From Raillietiella orientalis (Eukaryota), in NCBI GenBank assembly GCA_036172245.1, contig JAYWIR010000004.1, forward strand, positions 124,001 to 188,000: a stretch of 64,000 nt of DNA, given 5' to 3'. The notes under the pieces are model-generated. The model saw nothing but the letters and a program-made list of their open reading frames with translations. It was not told where the DNA came from and did no database searches. Position 1 is the stretch's first letter. The number at the start of each line of letters is the position of its first letter. The position numbers and the translations under genes were made by a program. Below are positions 50,497 through 62,273 of this stretch, piece after piece.

Positions 50497-52687
50497 ATGA
50501 GTGAAAAACTTGTTGCATTGAAGAAGTTCATATCAGAAAGTACAGATGATCTGGAAAAAGTCTTATCACTCCTAAATTGGACTTTAGAAGGCATTACCAA
50601 TGTATGCAAACCATTTATTTATTTAATTTTCATTGCAGAGTGTTTCAATTTTTTAAGCTGTATGAGTTGATCTCGTGATAATAGAAAGGAGCCATCGTAG
50701 TTGTATCTTGTTCAAACTTTGTACCCAAGCAAGTGTTTGGTGAACATTGCAAATAAAAATATGGAAAGCTGATGAACAGTTAATCAGAGTATTATTTTTA
50801 AAGACCATATCATTAATTTTCAATATAGTAACCTCGAATGCACTTTCGTGAAAATTTTTCATCGGTTTGCAAAGGAAATAGTGTTATTGCCTCTTTTTAT
50901 ATTTTGAAGTAAGGCAACAAAATATTGGATTTCCATGCAGTGTTCGGTTAATCGAAGATTTAAATTGGTCTCAAAAAATCGGCACACATTTCTTACGCAT
51001 TTCAATAATATAGAAATTATTCATGTTGTAAAGTTTCTAAATAAAAATAAAGTGTATTTCATATAGACTGAAATAATAGCAGCCCGCTGTGGCATTTAGA
51101 ATGTTTTCTTGTGTTTCTTTGAAGCCCTTAAGCATGTAAAAAAAAAAGTGTCATGAATGTGTGCTACTTTGTTTGTGTATTCATTGAGTTTACTTTATTG
51201 TGTGATTCAGTTTTTCGTTTTGAATATCATTGAATTTTGAGACTAATTGTTATAGGTACCGGAATTTTCAATGTGTTCATTTAACTCCAATCACTTTATT
51301 CCAAAACAAAATCTTACAGCACATTCGGAAAAGTGTCAATGGAATCCAGAGAATTGTTGGATGAAGGCATATTGTGATAACTCCAACCATGATGTGATTT
51401 CAAATAATAAGCTTATCTTTGGTGAGTAGTTGACAAATCCTGGTGTTTATTAATGAGTATATTAGATCAAACTACAGTGTCCTCTATATTAAATAAAACT
51501 GGTGAGAACACAGGTGAGTTCATTATTATGTTCTACATAAGTAATTTTGCAACATAATTTTGGAATGTATTTATTAAATGCAAACGTTAATTTCTGTTTC
51601 TAGTGATTATATTTAATATTATTAAATGAAAGGTTCTTTATGATGCCATTATGTCCATCAAAATCTATGCCTCAATTTTATAGGAGACAGCTGTGTCTTT
51701 ATAATTAAAATAATAAAGATGTATTGCATCCCATGAATGAAATTGACATGATTCTTAAATTGGATATCCTTTGTTTGATGAATTTCTAAGACTTAAGGCA
51801 CAGCTTATGTGTCAACTACAATTCCTCCTGCAAATTTATTTTTTTCTTCTTCAAATTTGTTTCTCTTTCTCCTTTTTGATAACTTATTTTGCATTGGTTA
51901 TCTTACTTGACTTTCTGACCATTTTAAGGCCTTCCTAAGTATGCCTTGGAACGATATCCAATTGCAGGAGATGAAGCAAATTTTCTGTTCACTCCTGAAC
52001 AACGGCTTGCACTATATGAACATGCAGTATCTATTTGTATAAAGCCACGTAAGTAAACAAATGTTTCACATTTTGTATCAAACTTTTTCCCATCTTCTGT
52101 TCTAAAGAATTGGATCAGTATATTAATGTAGAAAGTGCTCTCCCAGTGGAGAAAAAAGCAACAAAGCCTCCTGAAAAATCTTATTTAGAGCTGTTAGCTG
52201 AGCAGCGTGATCAAAAACGGCGACGCATTTCCTATCGGAATAAGAAATCTGTGTATACCAATAGAAAAACCGTCACAGAAGTATTGTATAGTTCAGAATT
52301 GCATGGTTTCAATGTAGATTTTGTTAGGTTCTGAGAGAGCTCATTAGCAATCATATGGAACGCCTCTTTGGTGCTGAACCATGTAAAAGCTCCCATTCTT
52401 CTGTTACCAATCAGGGCATGGAAAATGCACATCGAAAGACTGAGCCAACAGTCAAATCAGCTGATCATGAGTACCATCATAGACGAGGACATACCCATGC
52501 AGTACATGCATCATCCAGAAAAACTCATAGAAATCACAAAAATCATGTTTCTAAGTGGAATGTTTCTTACTCTAGAGATCATTCAAAGTCTAGGGAAAAA
52601 TCTCACCATTCCACACAGCATTCTTGCTACCAAAGGAAAGATACTCGATGGAAGCAGACTTTTAGCAAAAGTCACAAGACTCAGTAA
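50497..52687 (+). CDS. SNRNP48: U11/U12 small nuclear ribonucleoprotein 48 kDa protein, 6 exons
   Basis: Exons 50497-50601, 51256-51421, 51466-51513, 51929-52048, 52108-52280 and 52328-52687 in frame. CHHC zinc finger CSFNSNHFIPKQNLTAHSEKC; FTPEQRLALYE; KSYLELLAEQRDQKRRRISYR; TEVLRELISNHME; basic His/Arg/Ser tail. Confidence 0.92.
51764..51772 (+). promoter_or_regulatory. U12-type 5' splice-site consensus inside a U2-type intron (candidate U11-binding splicing enhancer)
   Basis: ATATCCTTT within SNRNP48 intron 51514-51928. Confidence 0.5.
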
Positions 52688-52948
52688 TTCTGCACATTGA
52701 TGAACCAAAATAAAACTGCCACAAGTTAATCCCATTAACCTTTTCTCAGTCCAGTGAAATGCTATTTTGGTGTTTTCTATATAGGAAATGCATCATTCTG
52801 GAAAATAAAGGGGGTCAAATGATTCAACTCACTATTTGGGTGTGCTAATGTAATATGTGGTGCACGGTGTGACAGTTCGCCTCTCTAAAGATGTTTCCTT
52901 TTGTTAGAAAGCTTCACTATAAGGAATGAAAATTCATTTTCTTAATTA

Positions 52949-54854
52949 ATGATGGAACAATTAGAGCTTATCCAGTTAGTTGGGGAGGGTTCATTTGGTC
53001 GTGTGTACAGAGCAAGGAAGAAAGCTGATGATCAAGAAGTAGCTTTGAAATTGATCCTTAAGGTGCTTTTCTTGATCTTTACATACAGTTAAATGTCTTG
53101 CACAGGTAGGGCATCCTGCTAGAGAGCTTCGTTCTATTCGACAAGAGTGTGACATTCAAAGGACATTGCTCCACCCCAACATCGTGCAGCTACTGGACAG
53201 TTTTGAAACTACTACTGAGGTAGAAATGCTTGAAAAGCATAAATGTATTAATCAAAATAGTTGAATTTTCAGATTGGAGTGATTACAGAATTCATTGATG
53301 GATCTTTGCATGAGTCCTTGCAATTAGAAGGTAGTTTCTCTGAAGAACGTGTTCAACCTATTACTTGTCAACTGCTTGCTGCACTCCATTTTTTGCATTC
53401 TCATCGCATATTACACCGTGATCTTAAGCCACAGAACATACTTCTGGGTGCTCATGATCTGGTGAAACTTTGTGATTTTGGCTTTGCACGTAGCATGGGT
53501 CTGAATACCTATATGTTAACTAGCATACGGGGAACCCCTTTGTATATGGCACCCGAGCTAATTGAAGAAAAAGCTTACAATCACAGTGCTGATCTTTGGT
53601 GGGTCATTTTTAAGTTTACCAAAGTATGAACAAGACTATATCTAGTTTGTAGGTCCTTAGGGTGTATTCTGTATGAAATGCTTACCAGCAGGCCACCTTT
53701 TTGTGCCAATACAATTGTGACTTTGGTGAAAAGTATTTTGCATGAAAATGTGCCTGAAATTAAGAGTTCAAGCAGCAAAACTTGCCAAACATTTGTAATG
53801 GGACTTTTACAAAAGAATCCCAACAACAGAATGGGTTGGCAACAAATACTAGAACATTCATTTGTTTCTTCGGGTGTCCAGTCTCTTTTAGAAGAAGGTG
53901 TGTGAAAAATAATGTGATCCTAGTAAGGCTGGAGTAGGCATCCCATTTGCAGAACCAGAGGAAGGGGATAAAGAAAACCATTGGAGTTTGCCAGATGTGG
54001 AGGCAGAGGAATGGAGGTGCTTTCTACACAAGACTCTAGAAGAAGTGTTGGAATCAACTGATATCTTGGAGGATGCTAACTTGCTTGCAGTGTTGTTGGC
54101 TCCCTTGCATAGCCCAGAAGTGCCTTCTAGTATTATGCATCAATTAGGTTGCATTTTGTTGCTACCATTTCACCAGATATCCAAATCTGATGAACATGTG
54201 CATCTTAGGCACATTTATTTGGAAACTAAAGTGTTGCCAAACTTATTGTATGCTTGCAAAATGTTGGTGCAAAATCCATCAACTAAATGGAGCACCATGG
54301 ATTTAGAAGCATTGGACTGCATGGCAATTTTGATGTGCCACTTAGTTCACAGAGATGCAAATTTTCTGTTGCAGTTTTGTGATAGTGTTTTGGTGCTGAA
54401 TGCGTTTCTAGCTTTGCAAACCATGATTTGCATGGATAATGTAAATATGTGGATTTTAGCTATTTTGAATCATGTCCTTCAGGAATTGCCCGAGCAGAAA
54501 CCATGGATACTGAATCTAATTACCCAAAACGGTCAGTTGTATATTCTTTTTTTCTTTTCAACTTCTCTTTGTTTAGACCAGTTGAGAATTTCAGAATATT
54601 CTCCTAGTGCACAAGTGAAAATGTGTCTTCTGATTTCACATTTGCTTCATTCTCAGGATGAAATTTTTGAATGGGATCTCACATCAGTGATTGAGTGCCT
54701 TCAGTGGATGGAGAAATCTACTGATGCCCATTATCAAAAGGTAGGATTCTTAAAGCAGTTTGTTCTTCCATTTCATTTCAAGATCTGGCAGTATTTTCAA
54801 GAGTCAAAAAGAAAATATTTACATGGAATCAAGCAAGCAAAAAAACACAAATGA
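52949..54854 (+). CDS. STK36: Serine/threonine kinase 36 / fused homolog, multi-exon
   Basis: [91 protein letters not shown] (fused-family signature), followed by a leucine-rich helical region. Confidence 0.9.
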
Positions 54855-55230
54855 GAACAGGAAGAGATCTACTTACTTGATTATTTCATCTAAGGATGCT
54901 GATGAGAAACATATTAAGTATAGACTGGTAGTGCCATCAAGCTTCCAGTTTAGGTTATTGTATTGAAGTGCATATATGGAACACAATGCACCCCATGGTG
55001 TACCAGTATTACAGTTTGAAATAACAGAAAGTAATGCAGTGTTGCATGCCAAAATGTTTGTTTATTTAAGTTAGTTCACAATGTGGGCAACGTTGATAGA
55101 TTGGAAAAAAAATAGTCTGTAAAATACATACTGAAAATTCAGTACAAGAACTGTTGATGTATTTAATATCATGACATGTATTAACATTACATGAGCAATA
55201 AAAAAACTGTGATAGTAAAAGTATGTTTCT

Positions 55231-55815
55231 TTAGTATTTTACAAGATCTTCTTGGGAGTTAAAACAAAAGTGAAACGTTTCATCTTTACATTTGTTCGTA
55301 TTTTCCGATATGCAGAATAGAAATACTGGATACCTGCATAAATGACAAAATTTGACAAACCCATGCCTTGAGTGGAAACAGTGTTCAATCAGGAGATGTA
55401 AATTTTCACCAAAATTTTGATCACACAGTTTACACTTGAAACATATTTCATTATTTGAGGAAGACAACAAGTTTTGCTTCAGATATTCCAACTGCATATC
55501 ATAATCAAAAGTATGAAACGCTGAACCCAGATAACAGTCATGATATTGGAAAATCTGAAAATTTTTTATGTACAAAAAAACAGGTTTAAGGCACTCGGTA
55601 CAAAGGGAGCTTATACCATGTCGGAATTGGACTGAATGTCGTAATATATCTTTAAAGCTACCAAAACCTAGGCTGCAATTATCGTTAAAGCACTTGTATT
55701 CCAGCTGAACTCTTGGGGAGCCTTCTCTGTTTAAACGATGATGTATTGCATCGACCTGCATTCTGGTATATATATCTAATAATTTAACTGAGTGGTATCA
55801 TTCACGATACGCCAT
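55231..55815 (-). CDS. Uncharacterised ~178-aa protein with two tandem C2H2 plus CCHC-like zinc-binding modules
   Basis: Stop-free 176-codon ORF in AT-rich DNA with a clear internal duplication. An in-frame ATGGC micro-exon (55811-55815) follows a 48-nt GT-AG intron (55763-55810) of the size typical here. Confidence 0.75.
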
Positions 55816-56799
55816 TTTCAACGATAAGGCATTTTCAATGCAAGCCATGCCACGGAACCTTGAATTTTCACTTGATTCGATCGGTCTCACTGGAATTTTT
55901 TTTATCGATACCTCAATACCAGAAAAAAACACTTTGTGACCGGTCTCACTTTTGAATAAAATTTTCTTTTCGTAAAACAGAATGTTCCTTCAGGTAGACC
56001 AAAACCACAGATTGCAGTTCACAAACTTTATGCAATGAATATTTTTTAAAACTTCAAGTGTCCGCAAAATACGCAAACAGGAACAATTTCTAAGAGCATC
56101 ATGTTCGTATATCAGTCAGTTCTGCTCTTCTCAGAAGAAATACTTGTCCTTAAAGATTATATCGTTTAATTAAATCATTTTCTTCGAACCCCAACCCACT
56201 TTCCTTTTTGTTGGTAAGCAATACCAAGTTCTGCACTACGCACCGCTATCATCATCGTGACATTCAATTCTCAATGTTTTGAGTAAAATTGAAGTCTGAA
56301 GAAAGTTTTCAACATAAACAAGGAAAAAGGAACAATCAATATACTCCTATACTTTTCTGTAATGTACAATACAAAAAAATCATATTTATGGGTGTTTGAA
56401 AATCATGAATAAGATACGAAAAGGGAAGAAATTTCTCACTAAATTTAAAGGATTACTAAAAGCTAAATCTAATTGATTATTACCTAACTTATTGAAGAAT
56501 TACTAATCTTCGCTCCGTTAGTGTTTCCTGTTGCATCAGAATTAAAACGTTGTTGCTATACTGGATGAAGCAGATGAATGTACACCAGCATGAGTTCAGA
56601 AGATGCCATCAATGAGGCTTTTCTCAGTACGGGTAAAATTCAGATGAATGTACGTCTCATCAGAATAACCGACTCGTTCGAGACTTTCTGCGTTGTATTT
56701 TTACGTTTTGATATTTTTCTGAATAAATTTGTTTCTTTGTTTTTTCCTTAAGTGTAGTCTTTATCTGTGCATTTTGGTATCACCTAAGCTGATTGTTAC

Positions 56800-57700
56800 G
56801 AGACATATTCTGATGCTGAGTGTCTTTATCCTTGTCCTCTATGGAAATATGTATCACTGCACAGTTATCTTTTTTTTTAAAAAAAATAAAGGAATCATAT
56901 AGAGATTACCGTTTGCATTTATTATTTGTAGAGGGACCCTTTCAAAATCTACTCTCCTCTAGAAATAATGACATAATTGTAAGAATTCTTGATATACTTT
57001 CATCAGAATTTCAAGTCTTTTATAATCTGGTTACAAATAATTCTGTGTTCAATATCAAGTCAAGCTTTAGAAATTCTTATAAGTTTGGTAGATCAAAGCA
57101 AATTTGATCGACATCATAACCCGACATTACAATCAAAAGATCTGTTTTCTGTCTTCCCCATATCTGTATCACCTTTAGCTTCCTTAGCTTATCTTAACGA
57201 TCTGTTTTATAATTTTCTCATACTGTTTTGAACTATGCGAAAACTGAAACTATCTAATGAATACTCAAAATCTACCTAATTTTTCTCAATTAATTTCAAG
57301 AAGGTCTAAGAATAATGCCTAGTTTTCTTATATTTTTCTGGTTTATTCAAAAATCTATTTACTTTAAATATAAATGATGTGACCTATTGGTTTACAAACA
57401 AAATCCAGAGGATCACTGTCATCGTACTAGGCAGCTTTCTCAGCAGCTGCAAGGAGAACTCCATCTATACTCCAAAGAATGATATTAAAGATTGATGGTT
57501 ATCTTCATATTGACTGGACTTGAATAAAGTGATCTTGAATTTCCAATTGGGCAGCTACATTTTCATCTGTAGGTAATCAAACAGAGTTTCCTGTGTGTCT
57601 CAATCAGAAATATCTAAACTCGGATGTTCTACAAATAGGTTATCTAAATCTGTCTTATTCACATTCTGATACTTCACTGAAGAGAGCTGTAGCAGATATT
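56800..57700 (-). mobile_element. Very degraded non-LTR reverse transcriptase relic
   Basis: Broken minus frame PSIFNIIL...AA*YDD, resembling the SP.LFN...YADD block; many stops. Confidence 0.35.
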
Positions 57701-57849
57701 TAGCTCAATGAATGCTTCTGGTGTTTCGCAGAGGAATTTTAAAATTGCATTCCAAAATATATGTATTCTATCTCAAAAGGGAGATTTCAATCACATTAGA
57801 AGAGTTCCTTGCGTATTCTCGGTCTATTCGCTCCTTTTGTTTTTTTTAT

Positions 57850-60700
57850 AGGTTTTTGTTTTACCCAGAGTATGTTTCCAATACTTATCATGGAAACACT
57901 ACGTGTTTGGACACACCACTTTTTTTTCCGATTTCATTTCCTTGCTTTTTGGGAATTTTCAATTTTTCAGTACTTCTTAAACCGGATGCCAAGACTACAG
58001 AGGTTCTGCGAATATTCCTCTTATTGTGATGGATATTCCTTCGGAAGCGGAGTGAAAAGGCAGAAGTCGATCTTGTCGATTTCCGTTCTCCTTTTTCCGT
58101 CTTTCTCCTTACAATGATGCTGATGAGTACCCACAGGAGTACGCGACGTCCCAGAATGAGTACCTTCCCTTCTCCCTGGAGCACCATATCCGGTCTTGGC
58201 TTTGAGTTTGTTCCCGCAATGCTCTGGCTGTCAGCTACCAAATCCCAAATCCCATTTTTTTTTAACACGTGTTTTCTGATTAGGGTCACCAATCCCTTAT
58301 GCCTTTTCGTGACTGTACTTGTTGGAAAACACATTGGTCGAGAGTGTGTCCTAGAAATTCTTCCTATCTTCTATATCTTTTGCATAGACGGTCTGCATTA
58401 TTCTAAACTAAGGTGTTCGCCGCTGAACAGAAAATGACCCAAAGCTCGATGTTGTCCAACTCATTGTTTTCCCTTGATCTGGGTGTTTTTCAGTTAGCAA
58501 TGCCTATGCTGTGTTGAGTAGAATTTTTAGAGTTGAGGTGATATTTCTCCCTCTTATGACCGTGGATTGTAGACTCCAAATATTATTCTGGTTGCTGCTT
58601 TTCCATTTCCGTCTTTACCATAACGGTGCACTATTTCATACACTGTACTCCACATCCTCGAGCTAAAACCCAAGGATTATTTAGAGGGCATTCGATGCTA
58701 CATGGAATATTCAAAAGAGACATTTTGCAGTCTGTTTTCGTGTTTCTAGGATCAGTTTCTCAGTAGCTCCGTAGGCTGGACATTGCTAATTTCCATATAT
58801 CCTTTTCTATAAAGATATGATACTATTGGTATCTTTTGAATCGTTTTTTTTTTTGTTCTACAAACAGAAAAAGAGTTTCTTTGCTTCCCTCTGCTGTTGC
58901 CTACTCTTAATTCTCGCAACTTTTAATTTTGTTTCCTCAGATTAAACTATTTGAAAATTTACCATCGAATTTTCATTGGCATTTATCCACGATGAATGGG
59001 AATGGCGCTCTTTCCATGCTGTGTTATCTCCTGTTACATTGAATTACTTTGTTACGTCGATTGAAGTCAAAGGAACAGGATAGTCTCCCTTTTGTCCTTC
59101 GTTCTTTCTAACCGAACTGCAACTGGAACTCAACTTTGTTTTTCTTTCCGTAGGGGGACGGGTCGTACGGAAGAAAAACAAACTGCCATTTTCCTTGCCA
59201 AGGCAGAATGGGCCAGCCAGATCAGTTGGGCAAAAAGGGGAAAAATTCTAAGAGGGTGAAAATGAAAACCACATGAATGAAAACTTGATGGGGCACTCAC
59301 GACACCCCAGCGCAACCACCATGTTGCCTTGATCGAGTGCGAACCGAGTTCGACAGTCCCCACGAGACAGCTCACACCATGGTCTCATGCTAACTGCAAT
59401 AAATACTCCCAACTGTTTGTAAATAGCTATTTTCCGCTTCCCACTGGTGTCGAAAAGGGCCGGGGAAGAGGGAAACAAACGAATGCCGAGTTGAGCCTTC
59501 TTAAAAAGGGGAGACAAAGCAGAGAGGGGAAGGACCGTTCTTGAAAGGAGGCACTGCTGTGTATTCCCGCACCCCTGCACGAGAACCTTAGTTTTTGTTT
59601 ACTTCCCGTGAACAATTAAAAACGAAGGTGCCGAAGGTTGATTTTCTTGAACACTTTTTTTATGTATTTTGTTGTCAGTGGCAGCGAAAGCACCGATGTG
59701 CTAAGCTATTGCTTCCAGAGAGCAAAGAATGGTAAGCTCCCAGTGATGGTAAACAGTACTAGAAATATTCCAAGAACAGATAAGTCACAGCCACACTGTT
59801 ATTTTTAAAACAAACGCCTTTATCACTTGCAGCAGGTGAAAATAGGCATCGCAGCCGCCCTTTCCTCAGCACTGCTATTGTTCCCACGGGCCTAGAACTC
59901 TGGAGGAGGTCCCAAGCATATCTCTGTAGCTATTTCTAGAGAAAGCATTCGTTTCGAGGATCTTACACTCTTCTTTCCGTTCTTAAGAAGCCCTTTTTGG
60001 ATTAGCGTGTCAAGCTGTTCAACAACAGCTTTTGGAAACAACCGCTTCCGCCAGATCTTTGATTTCTGGAACAATTCGCCGAATCACTCTTAGGGACACA
60101 ACGGGTGCTCAAAACCCCCCAGTCGATTTTAGAGTCAGACATCACTCACTGATCGTTGAGATTCATTTGGTGGCCAAGAACGCTGCTAAACGGGATACTT
60201 CCAGAAGACATCTCATCACAAATACCTGGTGGCATTTCCAACGTGAACTCATCATGCTGACTTTTAGATTTCAAAGACAGCAGCTCTGCTGTTGCAGGGA
60301 CAGGTGATCGTTCTGGCCATCCAATCGCTCTTCTACCTCTTCTAGGGATACAGGAAGATTGCAGAGCTCTTTTCTTCAGTGAGACCTTCCAGGACCGCAG
60401 TTTTTGCTGTCTGAGAGACCTGCACGTTGCATGTCTTTACAGGAAGCTTCGTTGACAATTCTACTGTGTGCACAGATGCCTTCCAATCCCTCTAGAAGCA
60501 AAAGTCATGTTTGGTTGCCCGAGAGTTTTCAGGGATCACTTCCACTACGACGACTGCAGAGCTAGGGACAATCCTGCCCAGAGCGACAGGTCAATTGAGG
60601 TCAATCCTTTCAAGAGAAATAGCTCTGTTGTTGAGACTAATCTAGTCGAATGAGATGGTTCCTCCGTTGAGGCCAATCTTGCCTAAGGGGGCTGCCGCTT
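57850..60700 (-). mobile_element. Decayed restriction-like-endonuclease (R2/NeSL/Utopia/HERO-type) non-LTR retrotransposon
   Basis: EEFLGHTLDQC (zinc knuckle end), TKRH, KPRPDMVL, VLILDV after a 1-nt frameshift and SWHP at 57980-58400 give the PD-(D/E)xK endonuclease layout; upstream broken RT-like motifs near 59300 and 59850. 5' limit uncertain. Confidence 0.65.
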
Positions 60701-62210
60701 CGGCTGATTGAGATGACTCACGGAGTAGCCCTGCTCATCGCCACTTCCGGTGTATTTCTTGGGGTCGGCGTACCTGCCTCTCCCCGAGATCTCCAGGCGG
60801 CAGCAGCGGCAGTCATCGCCTTGACTGCTGCCTTCCGCCGTGCGCAGAGTGTAGCCTGCTGTGCCGAGGTGCGGTGTGTCGGATTGGCATCCCAGAGGTC
60901 ACTCGACGCCTGTTCTCCCCGGAAACCGCGCAAACCGGGAGCATTCCAGGTAAAAACGCACTCGCGATGCAGGGGAGCACCACCGTTGCCGAGGTGACGG
61001 GCTGAGGGACTGCTGCGTGTTCTCCAAACTCGCATTTCGTCCTTCTCCTCCTCCTCCTTCCACAGGGACAGACGCGCAGTACCAGCGCTTCTTTCTTTTC
61101 TTTTCGTCTTTGTTTTCCTCCTTTCATGCCTGCGCCTTCCGCTTCCGCCGCCCTCAGAACGAGACGGCGCGGCGTGCACGCCGCAATGCGAGCGCGGCCA
61201 GTCGAAGGGGAGCGCGCGCTTGTGTGACCTTCGCGATTTTCTGTCTGCAGCGCGTCTCTCTCCGAGAGGGTGAGGGCGGGGAACCTAGAGGACAGCATGG
61301 GGTACGGCAGATGCCGTGACCCCGGAAACCACCGGAAGTGAGCGAAACCCTCCGCGACAGGAAGGCTGCAGGACTTCTGTCTCCCTACACCCACTCCTCT
61401 CTCTCCCCTGCCATCCTCCTCTTCCCCTCCCCTTCTCATCCGTTCAGAGAACCCCCGACCCCGAAAGAAAGCGAAAGTCTCTTGCTTCCCCTTCGTCTTT
61501 CCCTTTCGGGTAACCACGGGTGCACGCATTTTTATTTTTATTTTCTTAATTCCCTTACACTCAGACGCGGACACCCTTATGGGCGTGGGTGGGCACGGAC
61601 CAAAGGACGGGCAAATGACTGTCTCTCCTCCGCACCTTTTCGGACCGTGACCTTTCTTCGCGGTGGCGGCGGTCCTTCCGCCCCGGTCGCTCGTCGCTGC
61701 CGCCATGGAAACGAAGTGGAGGGGAGGAAAGGGATAATGGAAACGCATCCCAACCCTCTCGTCGCCGCTGATGCTGTCGCTCCGGATCCCGGAACCTTCC
61801 TCTAGACCTTGGATACCTTAGGAACCTCAAGACTTAGGCCATTCCCCTGCCCTAATGCCGCAGGATTCAGCTACGCCTCTGGTGCTCGGGAGGGGCGAAA
61901 GGGAAGATCGGGGCGGGGATGAGGGAAGGGGGGACAGTGGAGAGTGGCGGTTTTTTTGCACCCAGAAGTCGGGAGAGGTGGCTCTCGATGGGGGATGATC
62001 AGGGGCCATCGCTTCTCGGATCTTCCCTGTCGACAGGAAGGGGAGGGGAGAGACCCGGTGGACTCCTGCTGCCGCGGCTGGGGAGTGAAAGGAAGGATAG
62101 ATGGACAGGGAAAGCGCTTTCGTCTCCCGATCGGAGGGCTTGTCGATCCCCATCCGGCTGAAATGTTCTGAAAGCCCAATGAGGGAGCACAGCGGAGCGG
62201 ACGGAGCGCC

Positions 62211-62273
62211 CGAACCAGAGCTGCCGTCTCTCTCAAGGCCGCCGTCCGTGGGAGAGACGGCAGCTCTGGTTCG
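62211..62273. repeat. Perfect 22-bp inverted repeat with 19-nt spacer
   Basis: CGAACCAGAGCTGCCGTCTCTC (62211-62232) is the exact reverse complement of GAGAGACGGCAGCTCTGGTTCG (62252-62273). Confidence 0.95.

Noticed and set aside
61698..61711. RFX X-box-like GCCGCCATGGAAAC and nearby ETS-like CCGGAAGTG motifs
   Set aside because: Short, mismatched motifs with no identified downstream gene; chance occurrence is likely.
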